Notes under the pieces: model-generated
Told to the model about the DNA's origin: nothing
The model's input: only the letters and a program-made list of their open reading frames with translations
Databases searched by the model: none
Source: Nitrosopumilus sp.
GTDB taxonomy: Archaea; Thermoproteota; Nitrososphaeria; Nitrososphaerales; Nitrosopumilaceae
NCBI GenBank assembly: GCA_965238275.1
Contig: OZ250186.1
Coordinates: forward strand, 2,048,001 to 2,112,000
DNA: 64,000 bases
Direction of reading: 5' to 3'
Program-made: the position numbers and the translations under genes
Part shown: positions 24,213 through 33,139 of the stretch, in pieces
Position numbering within the stretch: the first letter of the stretch is position 1
How the letters are laid out: each line of letters opens with the position of its first letter

Positions 24213-24914
24213 GTGAAGGCAGTAATTCTGGCAGGCGGTCTGGGCACAAGGCTGCAGCCGTACACCACGTTTCTTCCAAAGCCGATGCTTCCGCTTGGGG
24301 AGAAGCCGATCCTGGAGCACATAATAGACTGGGTCGCAGGGCACGACATAAGATCAATCGTATTGTGCGTAAGCTATCTCAAGAAGACCATTCAGGACTA
24401 CTTTGAGGACGGGCAGAGGTTTGGGGTGGAGATCAAGTATGCATCATCGAATCGACCGCTTGCCACTGCAGGCCAGCTAAAGACTGCCGAGAACCTCGTG
24501 GATGAGACGTTCGTGTGCATGTACGGCGACTCGATCTTTGACTTTAACCTGGGGGACATGGTGTCCCACCACAACACGAGGAAGGCGTTTGTGACCATGG
24601 GCCTGAGCGAGTTCAGGACCAACCTGCCGTACGGGGTAATCAGGACCTCAGATACGGGAGGCGTGCTCGGGTGGGATGAAAAGCCCGAGATCAGCGCGAC
24701 GGTAAACATGGGATGCTACGTAATGGAGCCAGAAGTGTTTGGGATGATACCTGGGGACGCGCCGTGCGGAATGGACGATGTCATCAGGAGGGCCATCGGG
24801 GAGAAGAGGCAGGTCGAGGGCTTTATGGCCAAGGACGGATTCACGGACATTGGGGACAGGGCCTCGTACAAGAGGATACACAGGGAGTACATTGCAAGAC
24901 TTGGCAGAATCTGA
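24213..24914 (+). CDS. NDP-sugar pyrophosphorylase family nucleotidyltransferase
   Basis: ILAGGLGTRLQP...PKPM motif. Confidence 0.93.
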   Translation: MKAVILAGGLGTRLQPYTTFLPKPMLPLGEKPILEHIIDWVAGHDIRSIVLCVSYLKKTIQDYFEDGQRFGVEIKYASSNRPLATAGQLKTAENLVDETFVCMYGDSIFDFNLGDMVSHHNTRKAFVTMGLSEFRTNLPYGVIRTSDTGGVLGWDEKPEISATVNMGCYVMEPEVFGMIPGDAPCGMDDVIRRAIGEKRQVEGFMAKDGFTDIGDRASYKRIHREYIARLGRI

Positions 24915-25350
24915 TGACATACGCATAAGGGAGCTGGAGGCAAAAGACATCACGCATGGGTTTCTTGCCACGCTTGACGCGCTGAGGCCGGCAAGCAGCA
25001 GCATGGACGTGGACAAGGCCCGGAAGATCCTCGGGAGAATTGACCGGAATCAGGACCACGTCATAGTGGTCGCAGAGAAAGAAGGGGCAGTGGTGGGTGC
25101 GGCCACGCTTTTAATCGAGCCAAAGTTCATCCATGACGGCGGGCTGGCAGGGCACATCGAGGATGTCGCAGTTCACAGTGATTTTCAGGGACGCGGGATA
25201 GGCAGGATGATCATACTGCACCTTCTCAAGACTGCGAGGGACAGGGGATGCTACAAGACCGTCCTTGACTGTACCGAGGATGTCAGGCCGTTCTACGAGG
25301 AACTCGGGTTCAGACGCGCAGCAGACCAGCTAAGGGTGGATCACCCCTAA
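24901..25350 (+). CDS. GNAT acetyltransferase, glucosamine-6-phosphate N-acetyltransferase-like
   Basis: IEPKFIH...GHIEDVAV..QGRGIG...GCYKTVLDC (GNA1-like). TTG start overlaps the upstream gene. Confidence 0.88.
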   Translation: MAESDDIRIRELEAKDITHGFLATLDALRPASSSMDVDKARKILGRIDRNQDHVIVVAEKEGAVVGAATLLIEPKFIHDGGLAGHIEDVAVHSDFQGRGIGRMIILHLLKTARDRGCYKTVLDCTEDVRPFYEELGFRRAADQLRVDHP

Positions 25351-25787
25351 AAGTACTCTTTTTTGGGACGGACCTTCTTGTGCTTTAACAGGTAGGCACC
25401 AAAGATCATCACCGGTATGGACAGCGCCATGAACAGCAACGGGACATACACCACGGAGTCTGTCTTGTGTGTGTCGCCTATTCTGCCAGTCAGTATGCTG
25501 CACGCGTACATTCCCACAAGCAGCACGGCCCCGCCTGCAATTATCAGGGTGCCTATCTGCCTTGAGCCGTAGTGCCTTGCCATGATGAACGATACCGCTG
25601 CAAGTATTCCTGCTGGGGCGGCACCGATGGATGCAAACTGGATAAGCTTTGGATCCGCCTCAAAGAACTGTACAAGCTCTAGATCCCGCGGGATGTCGGC
25701 CATAAAGTTGTAGATTGAGATCATCTCGCCGGCAAACATTCCAAACAGTGCAAGGCTGCCTATGGCAAGCCATTTCTCAAGAGCCAT
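25347..25787 (-). CDS. Hypothetical 4-TM membrane protein
   Basis: Four hydrophobic segments and a basic tail. Confidence 0.8.
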   Translation of the reverse strand: MALEKWLAIGSLALFGMFAGEMISIYNFMADIPRDLELVQFFEADPKLIQFASIGAAPAGILAAVSFIMARHYGSRQIGTLIIAGGAVLLVGMYACSILTGRIGDTHKTDSVVYVPLLFMALSIPVMIFGAYLLKHKKVRPKKEYF

Positions 25788-26110
25788 GGCTTTCACGTAC
25801 AGTGATTGATAAATAAACCATTCAAAACAGGTTCTGGACGGGCCTTTTAAGGCGTGCACCTAGTACTTGTTCCCGACTATCTTGTTCCTAGTCAGATTCA
25901 TACGTATTAGTGCGCGTGGAAACCCAGAAAAGATCTGTAAACATAGTGGGCCGGATGGGATGTGTAGCGATAACATGACATTTTTAGGTTCCGCCGTGCC
26001 TGCAAAACCGTCCCGTGCCATTCCAGGTGCGGGTACTTTCCCCGGAAGACAGCATTATGCAGGAATTACAAATCAACAGGATTCCCGAACAGACCTGCCG
26101 GTGCGACACG

Positions 26111-26251
26111 TCAGACACCCCTTGCCAGCATGTCGTTTATGGCATCAGAGTATCTGTATGCCTTGTTGGTATCCAGCATCATCTTGGCCTGATACTCCTT
26201 TATCCTGCGGTCCAGAACGTCATCAATCGTGAACGTGACGCGTTTGGCCAT
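26111..26251 (-). CDS. 46-aa ribbon-helix-helix protein (not in ORF track)
   Basis: MAKRVTFTIDDVLDRRIKEYQAKMMLDTNKAYRYSDAINDMLARGV. Confidence 0.7.
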   Translation of the reverse strand: MAKRVTFTIDDVLDRRIKEYQAKMMLDTNKAYRYSDAINDMLARGV

Positions 26252-26377
26252 GCTACCCCAGCAGCTCCTGCCCTTCCAGATATGCCTAGATGACCCCTTA
26301 ACTAGATCTTTTCGATCATGCAGTATCAGGGATCAACCGTCACGCTAAGCGTGGGTTGGTGAGGGTCATGGGTTCAA

Positions 26378-26614
26378 TCACCTAAACCATTTTCTTGCAT
26401 CGTCTCTGTCATGTACCATTAAACCAACACCTGATCCTATAAGGGTGGGAGATTTGATTACAACGCCAGCCGCAGTCATCAGCATGCCAGCTTCGCCATG
26501 ATGGGTTTTGATATAATTTTCCCATTTTTTCTTCTGCTGTGGCGTGGCATATTTTTTGTATGCTTCTGCAAGCAAATAGCTTCCTGCAGTACCGACAAGA
26601 ATTAAAAATATCAT
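26378..26614 (-). CDS. Small membrane protein with HH...GxGLxxHD motif (low GC)
   Basis: 78-aa ORF with hydrophobic segments and AT-rich codons. Confidence 0.65.
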   Translation of the reverse strand: MIFLILVGTAGSYLLAEAYKKYATPQQKKKWENYIKTHHGEAGMLMTAAGVVIKSPTLIGSGVGLMVHDRDDARKWFR

Positions 26615-26707
26615 ACGTTTTGGTATTGCGCTCCAGCATTTAAACGTTGTATGTTAATTTGCATGCAGCAAGAGTATATATTTAACACGAATGGTCATAA
26701 AAACATC

Positions 26708-26905
26708 ATGAAAAAATCTAAGCCAAAATACGTCAGCATGAGAATCCCAAAAACAGAATATGACAAACTGAGAAAAGCAAGAGAAGAAATGCAGCATAAG
26801 CCAGAGTATTCCTGGGTGGGTAGCTTAGCCTTGGGAGCATTTGTTGGATTGGTTGCAGGATTGGCAATCAAAAAATTAGCAGAATCAGATGAAGATTCTC
26901 TATAA
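26708..26905 (+). CDS. Small protein: RHH-like N-terminus plus C-terminal TM helix (low GC)
   Basis: KYVSMRIPKTEYDKL followed by LALGAFVGLVAGLAI. Divergent from the previous gene. Confidence 0.65.
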   Translation: MKKSKPKYVSMRIPKTEYDKLRKAREEMQHKPEYSWVGSLALGAFVGLVAGLAIKKLAESDEDSL

Positions 26906-26939
26906 TGTTTGATCCTGATCGTATCACACTATCTGGATA

Positions 26940-27235
26940 GGAACCAAGTCTTAGTTCAGCAGCCCCGCCCCCTAGGTATGTCAGGGCGCGTATGAGATCC
27001 TGCCTGTCCAGCGTGTCGTCTATGAACCACTTTGCTATGTACTTGAAATAGTCAGGAACTGTGATCCCCTCGAATCCAAACACGCTGAGAAACTCCGCAT
27101 CATCGACGTACTCAGATAAGTAGCCGCTCCACGCCTTGATGGTCTGAAGCTCGGATTCGCTAAAGCCTCCCGTAGTATCGGCGTGCCGGGCTCCGGATCC
27201 ACTATAGCGGATATTGTGTCCGACTCCGGATCCAC
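26940..27235 (-). pseudogene. C-terminal remnant of a thaumarchaeal surface/secreted protein
   Basis: Frameshifted ...IKAWSGYLSEYVDDAEFLSVFGFEGITVPDYFKYIAKWFIDDTLDRQDLIRALTYL resembles the IPxW...W...EF..AL.YL tail. No N-terminus present. Confidence 0.45.
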
Positions 27236-27321
27236 ATGGATTCAGCCTATAATGATGCCATTCAAGTTACCTTGCTGCTGACACGGTGCCCCAGGATTGG
27301 ACATGTTGGAGTCCATCATCC

Positions 27322-28332
27322 TCATGATATTCCCACCAGCGCAGAAAACTCCTCCCTGCATGCGGCACCAAGACGCTTTGCTGCATCCTCAGGCGAGACA
27401 TCATTCAGGAAGATGCCGTACCCCCTCTCCAGTCCGGTCCACTGCCGGGTAACAGGATACACCTCGATATGCCAGTGGATCTGCCGGGTGTTCTTTTTTT
27501 CAGGCGAGAGGTGAAACACCATGTTAAACGAGACGTCCTTGACCACGCGCGTCAGCCCCCCCAACGTGGATCGAATTATCAGGGAGAGATCGTTGATCTC
27601 CTTTTGCGTGATCTTGGAGAAGAGCGTGGTGTGTTTTTTGGGGGATATCCAGAACTCGTACGGGTATGACGACGACCACGGGCAGTACGCGATGAACCCG
27701 TCTGTCCGCAGTATCTGCCGCGGGCCGCCGGTCTCATCGGTGATTATCTTGCACATCGGGCAGACGCCGTTCTCGTTTTGCATCCGGTGGTATGACTCGG
27801 TCTCGCCCCCGATCACGGGGGGGATGGTGGAAAATGTAAGCATGTTCAGGTACGGGTGCGGGTTGTGGCTCCCGGAGAGCGGTCCGTGATCCGCGTAGAT
27901 TGCGACATACCGTACCCCCTTTTGGGCATACAGCCACTTCAGCCTGTCCTGCACCACCACCAGTATGTTCGACCACTGGTCCACGTCGATGGTCGCAAAC
28001 GTCTCATCGGGATTCGGGGACGCGACCACGATATAGTGGTACCCGTATGCAGGCTCGCTGTAGAACGCCCCGTCGCCGTACAGGTTCTCGGCATCCACGG
28101 ACATGATGGGGTTGCTGCTCGGAACGACCCTGACGGACCAGCCCTGAACGTATTCGCCCTCGCTGTCCTGAAGGCGCCGCAGCATCCCGTCCTTTGCGAC
28201 AAGGGACAGAACGGACGGGTTCGTGGCAGTCTCGTTTCCAGGCGAGTATACAGAGCCGTCCTGACTGGCACTGTATGAACTGGAAATTATCATAAAGCGC
28301 TCAGATACGTAATCCTTGCGCATGCTTCCCAT
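27322..28332 (-). CDS. galT: GalT-like (galactose-1-phosphate uridylyltransferase family) protein
   Basis: PGNE, CPMC, YPYEFWISPKKH, HWHIEVYP and GLERGYG. The HPH motif appears as HPY. Confidence 0.85.
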   Translation of the reverse strand: MGSMRKDYVSERFMIISSSYSASQDGSVYSPGNETATNPSVLSLVAKDGMLRRLQDSEGEYVQGWSVRVVPSSNPIMSVDAENLYGDGAFYSEPAYGYHYIVVASPNPDETFATIDVDQWSNILVVVQDRLKWLYAQKGVRYVAIYADHGPLSGSHNPHPYLNMLTFSTIPPVIGGETESYHRMQNENGVCPMCKIITDETGGPRQILRTDGFIAYCPWSSSYPYEFWISPKKHTTLFSKITQKEINDLSLIIRSTLGGLTRVVKDVSFNMVFHLSPEKKNTRQIHWHIEVYPVTRQWTGLERGYGIFLNDVSPEDAAKRLGAACREEFSALVGIS

Positions 28333-28522
28333 GGTGGTACTGCAATCTGAAACAGTAAAAATGTTTGCGAGGCCGCATCCTGTGATAAACCGCACAATGC
28401 ACGAAAGGGGCGTACGGACCGGCAGCAAGCCGCCCCGGGCAGGCCCCGCCACGAATGGAACCCGAATGACCGCGCTGGAAGATTTAAAGTAGAGCGGCAA
28501 TCCGGGACAGGCAGGGGTATTC

Positions 28523-29812
28523 ATGGATAACTCGGGCGTTCATATGGTTTACGTTCTGCTAGACGGGGTCGGGGATCTCCCGCACCCGGATCTTGACGGA
28601 AGAACGCCGCTGGAGGCTGCGCACACCCCGGTCCTTGACAGGATTGCCTCCAACGGCTCAATAGGCCAGGTAATCTCAGTCGGGAAGGGGATTGCCCCAG
28701 AATCAGACATTGCAGTCTTTAACATGCTGGGATACAAGTTCAACCACTCAGACTATGTCGGGCGGGGCGTAATCGAGGCGATAGGAATCGGGATCAACTT
28801 CAAGGACGGGGACCTTGCGCTGCGGGGAAACTATTCCACGCTGGATGAAGACGGAATAATCACAGACCGGAGGGCAGGAAGGCACATCAACAGGGAGGAC
28901 GCAGACGGAATCGCAAGGGAGATTGAAAAGGGGGTGGAATTTTCAGAGCCCGGAATCTCGGTGGCAGTCGCCCCCACAATAGGGTACAGGGTGACAGTCA
29001 GGATAAGGGGGGAGTCGCGCATGCTGTCCTCAAAGATTACCAACACGGATCCGGCCTACAGCAACATCGGGGGCATGGGAGTGGCAAAGGCCGTCGGGGA
29101 TTTTTTAAAGGTCGAAAGGTGCCTGCCCCTTGACGAGACGGAATCTGCCAGGTCGACTGCCGGGATCGTAAACGAGTTTTCTGAAAAGTCAACTGGCATC
29201 ATGAGGAATAGCCAGATAAACAGGAACAGGCAGGCACAGGACAGAAAACAGCTCAGCTGCATCCTTCTCAGGGACGCCGGGAACAGGTATCCCAGCGTCG
29301 CGCCCATCAACGAAAAATACGGCATGAACTTTTCGTGCATAGTGGACATGCCAGTGGAGATTGGGATCTCCAAGGTTCTCAAGATGAAGGCCTTTGAGGC
29401 CGGAGGGCTGACAGACTATGAGGAGAAGGCAAGGGTCGCAGCAGAGGCCATGAAGACCCAGAATGCAATATACGTGCACCTCAAGGGTCCCGACGAGTTT
29501 GGCCATGACGGGGACGCAGTCGGCAAGACCAGGAACATCGAGGAGATCGACCGGAGGTTCTTCAAGACGCTTGTAGAGGAAATAGACACAGGCAGGGTCA
29601 CCATAGTGATATCTGCAGACCACTCGACGCCGTGCATCAACAAGGGGCACAGCGACGACCCGGTTCCGGTACTCGTCTCAGGGGATCACATCAGAAACGA
29701 CGGAACCACGAGAATGACTGAAAGGCAGGCCAAAGAAGGAAGCATCGGCCTTCTCCAGGGGGCCGACGTGCTAGGGACGGCCCTGAAACTTGTCAAATCT
29801 CAAAGAGGGTAA
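28523..29812 (+). CDS. apgM: 2,3-BPG-independent phosphoglycerate mutase (archaeal type)
   Basis: LDGVGD, PESD, HLKGPDEFGHDG and ADHSTP motifs. Confidence 0.95.
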   Translation: MDNSGVHMVYVLLDGVGDLPHPDLDGRTPLEAAHTPVLDRIASNGSIGQVISVGKGIAPESDIAVFNMLGYKFNHSDYVGRGVIEAIGIGINFKDGDLALRGNYSTLDEDGIITDRRAGRHINREDADGIAREIEKGVEFSEPGISVAVAPTIGYRVTVRIRGESRMLSSKITNTDPAYSNIGGMGVAKAVGDFLKVERCLPLDETESARSTAGIVNEFSEKSTGIMRNSQINRNRQAQDRKQLSCILLRDAGNRYPSVAPINEKYGMNFSCIVDMPVEIGISKVLKMKAFEAGGLTDYEEKARVAAEAMKTQNAIYVHLKGPDEFGHDGDAVGKTRNIEEIDRRFFKTLVEEIDTGRVTIVISADHSTPCINKGHSDDPVPVLVSGDHIRNDGTTRMTERQAKEGSIGLLQGADVLGTALKLVKSQRG

Positions 29813-30353
29813 GGCGGTTTGCATGCTGCATGTCAAGTGCGTTTTTTCGCATGCGGTCGATGTCTATGGAGTGGTACGTTGACGGGGAGGTGCCCAGCTT
29901 CTCCAGCACCCTGCGCAGCATCCCGATTCCAATGCGGTGCTCGTCTTTTTGGCCGTGCGCAAACGCGACTGCCATCAGGATGATTCCCTGAACCAGCTCC
30001 TTCTCCCGGCCAAAGCACTTCTTCCAGACGCCCTCAAAGGCCTCGTGGCTCTCCCAGAACCTTTCGCTGTTAAAGTAGAATATGCCGTCGCTGATTCCCT
30101 GCTCCTTGTCAATCTCCTCCTCAAGGACATGCCGGATGTTGTCCACGGGGCCTATCGGGGACAGCTTTTCAACCAGTGTGTCAAGGTTGTCCTCATCGAC
30201 TGAAACGTCCAGCTCTACAAACCTGTTGGCAACTCTTGCAACCCGTACGGATGCGTCCATCCCGGAGGCCAGATCCCGGGCCAGGTATACCACCTTGCGG
30301 GAGTCATCTGAGGAATACCCGGTGTTCTTCAGGTGAAGCATGTAGCGTTCCAT
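29793..30353 (-). CDS. DUF309 domain protein
   Basis: FNSERFWESHEAFEGVW...QGII. Confidence 0.88.
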   Translation of the reverse strand: MERYMLHLKNTGYSSDDSRKVVYLARDLASGMDASVRVARVANRFVELDVSVDEDNLDTLVEKLSPIGPVDNIRHVLEEEIDKEQGISDGIFYFNSERFWESHEAFEGVWKKCFGREKELVQGIILMAVAFAHGQKDEHRIGIGMLRRVLEKLGTSPSTYHSIDIDRMRKNALDMQHANRLTLFEI

Positions 30354-30508
30354 GCGTACTGTGGTGTGGTGATTTCTTAAATTTCTTACCAAGCATTGAT
30401 GCATGTTCCTCGGGTCACGGACTCACAAGTGCAGGCATGCCTCCATCCGGGGAGTGTGCCGACTTTTTCAATCAAGGTTTATATGAAATAGGCAGAGACC
30501 TTGGATAC

Positions 30509-30817
30509 ATGTCCATCGTGGAGTCCGTTGCAGATGTCAACAACACGTTCCTCTCCAGGAGGGAGATTACATGCAGTTTTACGGGGCTCGCAGGCAAGCT
30601 CAAAAAGCTCGAGGCAACAGAGATGGTTACCAAAAAGTTCAGCCTGGACGGAAAGGTGGTGATTCCACTGAGGCTAAAGACCCATATAGGAAAGCCCACG
30701 ATCACTGGAATCTTTCACGTGTACGACGACGAGGAGCTCGCAAAGAGATACGCCAACCCAAAGATTCTGGCAAGGCTGGATAAGATCAAGGCAGGGGAAT
30801 CCAAGGAGTCAGAATAA
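30509..30817 (+). CDS. rps24e: 30S ribosomal protein eS24
   Basis: NTFLSRREI...VYDDEE. Located immediately before S27ae. Confidence 0.85.
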   Translation: MSIVESVADVNNTFLSRREITCSFTGLAGKLKKLEATEMVTKKFSLDGKVVIPLRLKTHIGKPTITGIFHVYDDEELAKRYANPKILARLDKIKAGESKESE

Positions 30818-31023
30818 TGGCAGGAAAAAAGGGCATCAGTCCAAGCGTTTCATCGTACTATAAGATAGAAAACGACGCCATAACAAGGACGAGGAAGAAC
30901 TGCTCCAGGTGCGGAAGGGGCATATTCATGTCCGAGCACAAGGACAGGCACACCTGCGGAAAGTGCGGCCTGACTGAATTCAAGCAAGAGTATACCAAGA
31001 ATGATAAATTCGTAGACATGTAA
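30817..31023 (+). CDS. rps27ae: 30S ribosomal protein eS31 (S27ae)
   Basis: CSRCGRGIFMSEHKDRHTCGKCGLT. Confidence 0.96.
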   Translation: MAGKKGISPSVSSYYKIENDAITRTRKNCSRCGRGIFMSEHKDRHTCGKCGLTEFKQEYTKNDKFVDM

Positions 31024-31090
31024 TCCTTCAAACCCTGCCTAAAATTATCCAGAAGATCTTACGAACTTTACGTCTTTGGTATAGCAGCAG

Positions 31091-31801
31091 TCAGTAGAGC
31101 CTCTTCTTTGTACGCATCTTGGAACTCTTCTCTTCAAGCTGCTGTATCTTTGAGAGGAGGTCGGGATTGATGCTGATGCTGGAGATGGACTCGGCGGACA
31201 GCTTTACGTTGTTTTCATCCAGTGAGACGTTGAACTTTGGAAGATCCTTGTCAATCCAGAACTTGGTCACCTTGTCTTCAAGCTTGTAGTCGCGAAAGCC
31301 TGCGGGGAACTTCTTTGTGATGTGGTTGAGCAGCGTCCTGTCCTCAAAGATCGCCCTGGGCTCGATGAGCCTCGTCTCGTCGCCATACACGTTCTCAAAC
31401 AGGTTTCCGGAGACCTCGTCGGAGAGCAGCCGCATCTTTGAGATCCTCTGCATCAGTTCAAGGTAGTGCAGGAACTCGTGTGCCAGGACGGCATGGACGG
31501 TACCCCGCAGGCCGTATGCGACAAGCGGGGCGGATATCTGGATGACCACCTCAAATTGCTCCTTGTACATTATGGGGATCGTCCTTGCAAACAGGATCCC
31601 GTACTCGAACTGGTTCAGGCCCGGGGAGGACACCACCAGGGACGGCTCCACGTATGCAATGGGGTACTTTATCCCGGAGGATTTTTCAATGCGGTTTATT
31701 CCGGCAACCACTATCGGAAAGCGTTCGGTCACGCGCCGGAAGACCCTGTATGGGATGACCCCCTTGGAATGTGCATCTTTGAGGCGTATTAGCGGATCCA
31801 A
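31091..31801 (-). CDS. Hypothetical protein with HExxH motif
   Basis: VLAHEFLHYLE in a 236-aa ORF. Confidence 0.8.
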   Translation of the reverse strand: MDPLIRLKDAHSKGVIPYRVFRRVTERFPIVVAGINRIEKSSGIKYPIAYVEPSLVVSSPGLNQFEYGILFARTIPIMYKEQFEVVIQISAPLVAYGLRGTVHAVLAHEFLHYLELMQRISKMRLLSDEVSGNLFENVYGDETRLIEPRAIFEDRTLLNHITKKFPAGFRDYKLEDKVTKFWIDKDLPKFNVSLDENNVKLSAESISSISINPDLLSKIQQLEEKSSKMRTKKRLY

Positions 31802-31851
31802 TATTCATCACTTGGCAATCATAGCTGTGCGGGTGTTATCATCATGTCCTG

Positions 31852-31944
31852 TCAGGATCTGGGCTTTCCTGCAGTCTTTCTCTTGCGGGTAGCAGCACTT
31901 TGGTCCGCACGTCTTTGATGCTTGTTCTTTTTTCTCAGTGGCAT
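31852..31944 (-). CDS. 30-aa highly basic micro-protein (not in ORF track)
   Basis: MPLRKKNKHQRRADQSAATRKRKTAGKPRS, co-oriented between pus10 and the next gene. Confidence 0.5.
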   Translation of the reverse strand: MPLRKKNKHQRRADQSAATRKRKTAGKPRS

Positions 31945-31968
31945 GCCATTTGGGGCACAGGGTGTTAG

Positions 31969-33126
31969 TTAATTGTTATCATTGGGTAGCAGCATGACGT
32001 CAAGAAAGTCAAACGTGTCGCACCTGCACGGAGTCTCCAGTGTTTGGGAGACGCCCGGGGACACGTCGTCGCCCAGGACGAACCGCTTGACGGGCAGCCC
32101 CCCCTCTGCCCGGACAGTCATGGTAAAGCCGGTCGCAGAGGTCTTCCGGTACCGCAGGGACGTAATTTTTTTCTCGGAGCGTTTTCCGGACTTGTCGTAG
32201 ACTACCACGGGACGCCTTGGAATCTCCCGGAGTCTTCTGAGGAGTCTCGAGTCGACGTGGCCTGCCGTCACCCTTATCCTGATTACCGACTCGAATGAGA
32301 CCGGTTTTGCCGGCGGCCTGCCGACCATTCTGAACCCGTCCACGGACACGGAATCGGACCGCACCAGGACAGACTCGGGGCTCCGCCGGAGGGGGTTCTT
32401 TACCCGTATGAAGAACGGCCTCCCGCCCCCCAGCACCAGACTGGACTTGTCCTCCCCGCCTATCCACGTAAACTTGGCAGTGGCGCCCCCGATGCCCTCA
32501 AAGACGCCTTTGGATATTATCCCCTCTACGCTGTCAAACTCGGATATTCCGTGGAGGCTGCAGGTCCGGCATCCCCGCCCGGAGCAGTTCTGGCACGGCT
32601 TCTGTTTCTGGGGAATCCCCCTGACCCTCTTGACGTATCGCCCGTACAGCGTGACCGGCCTTGAGCGTATGTTGCACGACTCGTCCCTCAGGTTCAGCGT
32701 GACGGTGACCTCCGGATTCAGACACTCGGATCCCTTCTGCGTCATTCTGGAGAAGGCCTTTGAGAGGTTCCGGGTGATGCCCGTCTTTATGCCGTCTGCC
32801 CCCTTTAGCCGGTACCGGGACCGGATGTGGTCATCCCTGTCCATCATGGACGGCCTGAGAATCGCGCCCAGGCAGAACGTTGAAAACGAGTAACGCGACG
32901 AGGCATCTGCCATCATGCCCAAAAGGCCGTCCACGTGATCAAACAGGCCCCGGCAGATGTGGCACCGGGAGCCCGAGTCCCGGTTTAGCCTCCTTCCAAG
33001 AAGCCGGTCAGAGGATAAGCGCATCTGTTTTGCAAAGAGCCTTCCCAGGCAGTAGTCGCACAGGTCGTACTCCTCCAGTATCATGCCGGCAGTGGCGGCT
33101 GCCTGCTGATAGTCAGGTGTCATCAT
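31969..33126 (-). CDS. pus10: tRNA pseudouridine(54/55) synthase Pus10
   Basis: LCDYCLGR, CHIC, YGRYVKRVRGIPQ, GGEDKSSLVLGGGRPF and GGLPVK. Confidence 0.9.
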   Translation of the reverse strand: MMTPDYQQAAATAGMILEEYDLCDYCLGRLFAKQMRLSSDRLLGRRLNRDSGSRCHICRGLFDHVDGLLGMMADASSRYSFSTFCLGAILRPSMMDRDDHIRSRYRLKGADGIKTGITRNLSKAFSRMTQKGSECLNPEVTVTLNLRDESCNIRSRPVTLYGRYVKRVRGIPQKQKPCQNCSGRGCRTCSLHGISEFDSVEGIISKGVFEGIGGATAKFTWIGGEDKSSLVLGGGRPFFIRVKNPLRRSPESVLVRSDSVSVDGFRMVGRPPAKPVSFESVIRIRVTAGHVDSRLLRRLREIPRRPVVVYDKSGKRSEKKITSLRYRKTSATGFTMTVRAEGGLPVKRFVLGDDVSPGVSQTLETPCRCDTFDFLDVMLLPNDNN

Positions 33127-33139
33127 GGTGCCGCGGGGG

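Noticed and set aside
26360-26382. GGTCATGGGTTCAATC as a tRNA-derived att site
   Set aside because: The T-stem does not pair, there is no second copy, and no integrase is nearby.
31788-31846. Second possible C/D-box sRNA (ATGATGA...TGATGA on the minus strand)
   Set aside because: No CTGA boxes at the right spacing, no terminal stem, it overlaps a start codon, and I found no target in the rRNAs. A snoscan run would settle it.
31969-33126. Inactive Pus10 (GGEDKS instead of GREDVD)
   Set aside because: The catalytic Asp is retained, so this is more likely lineage-level divergence.
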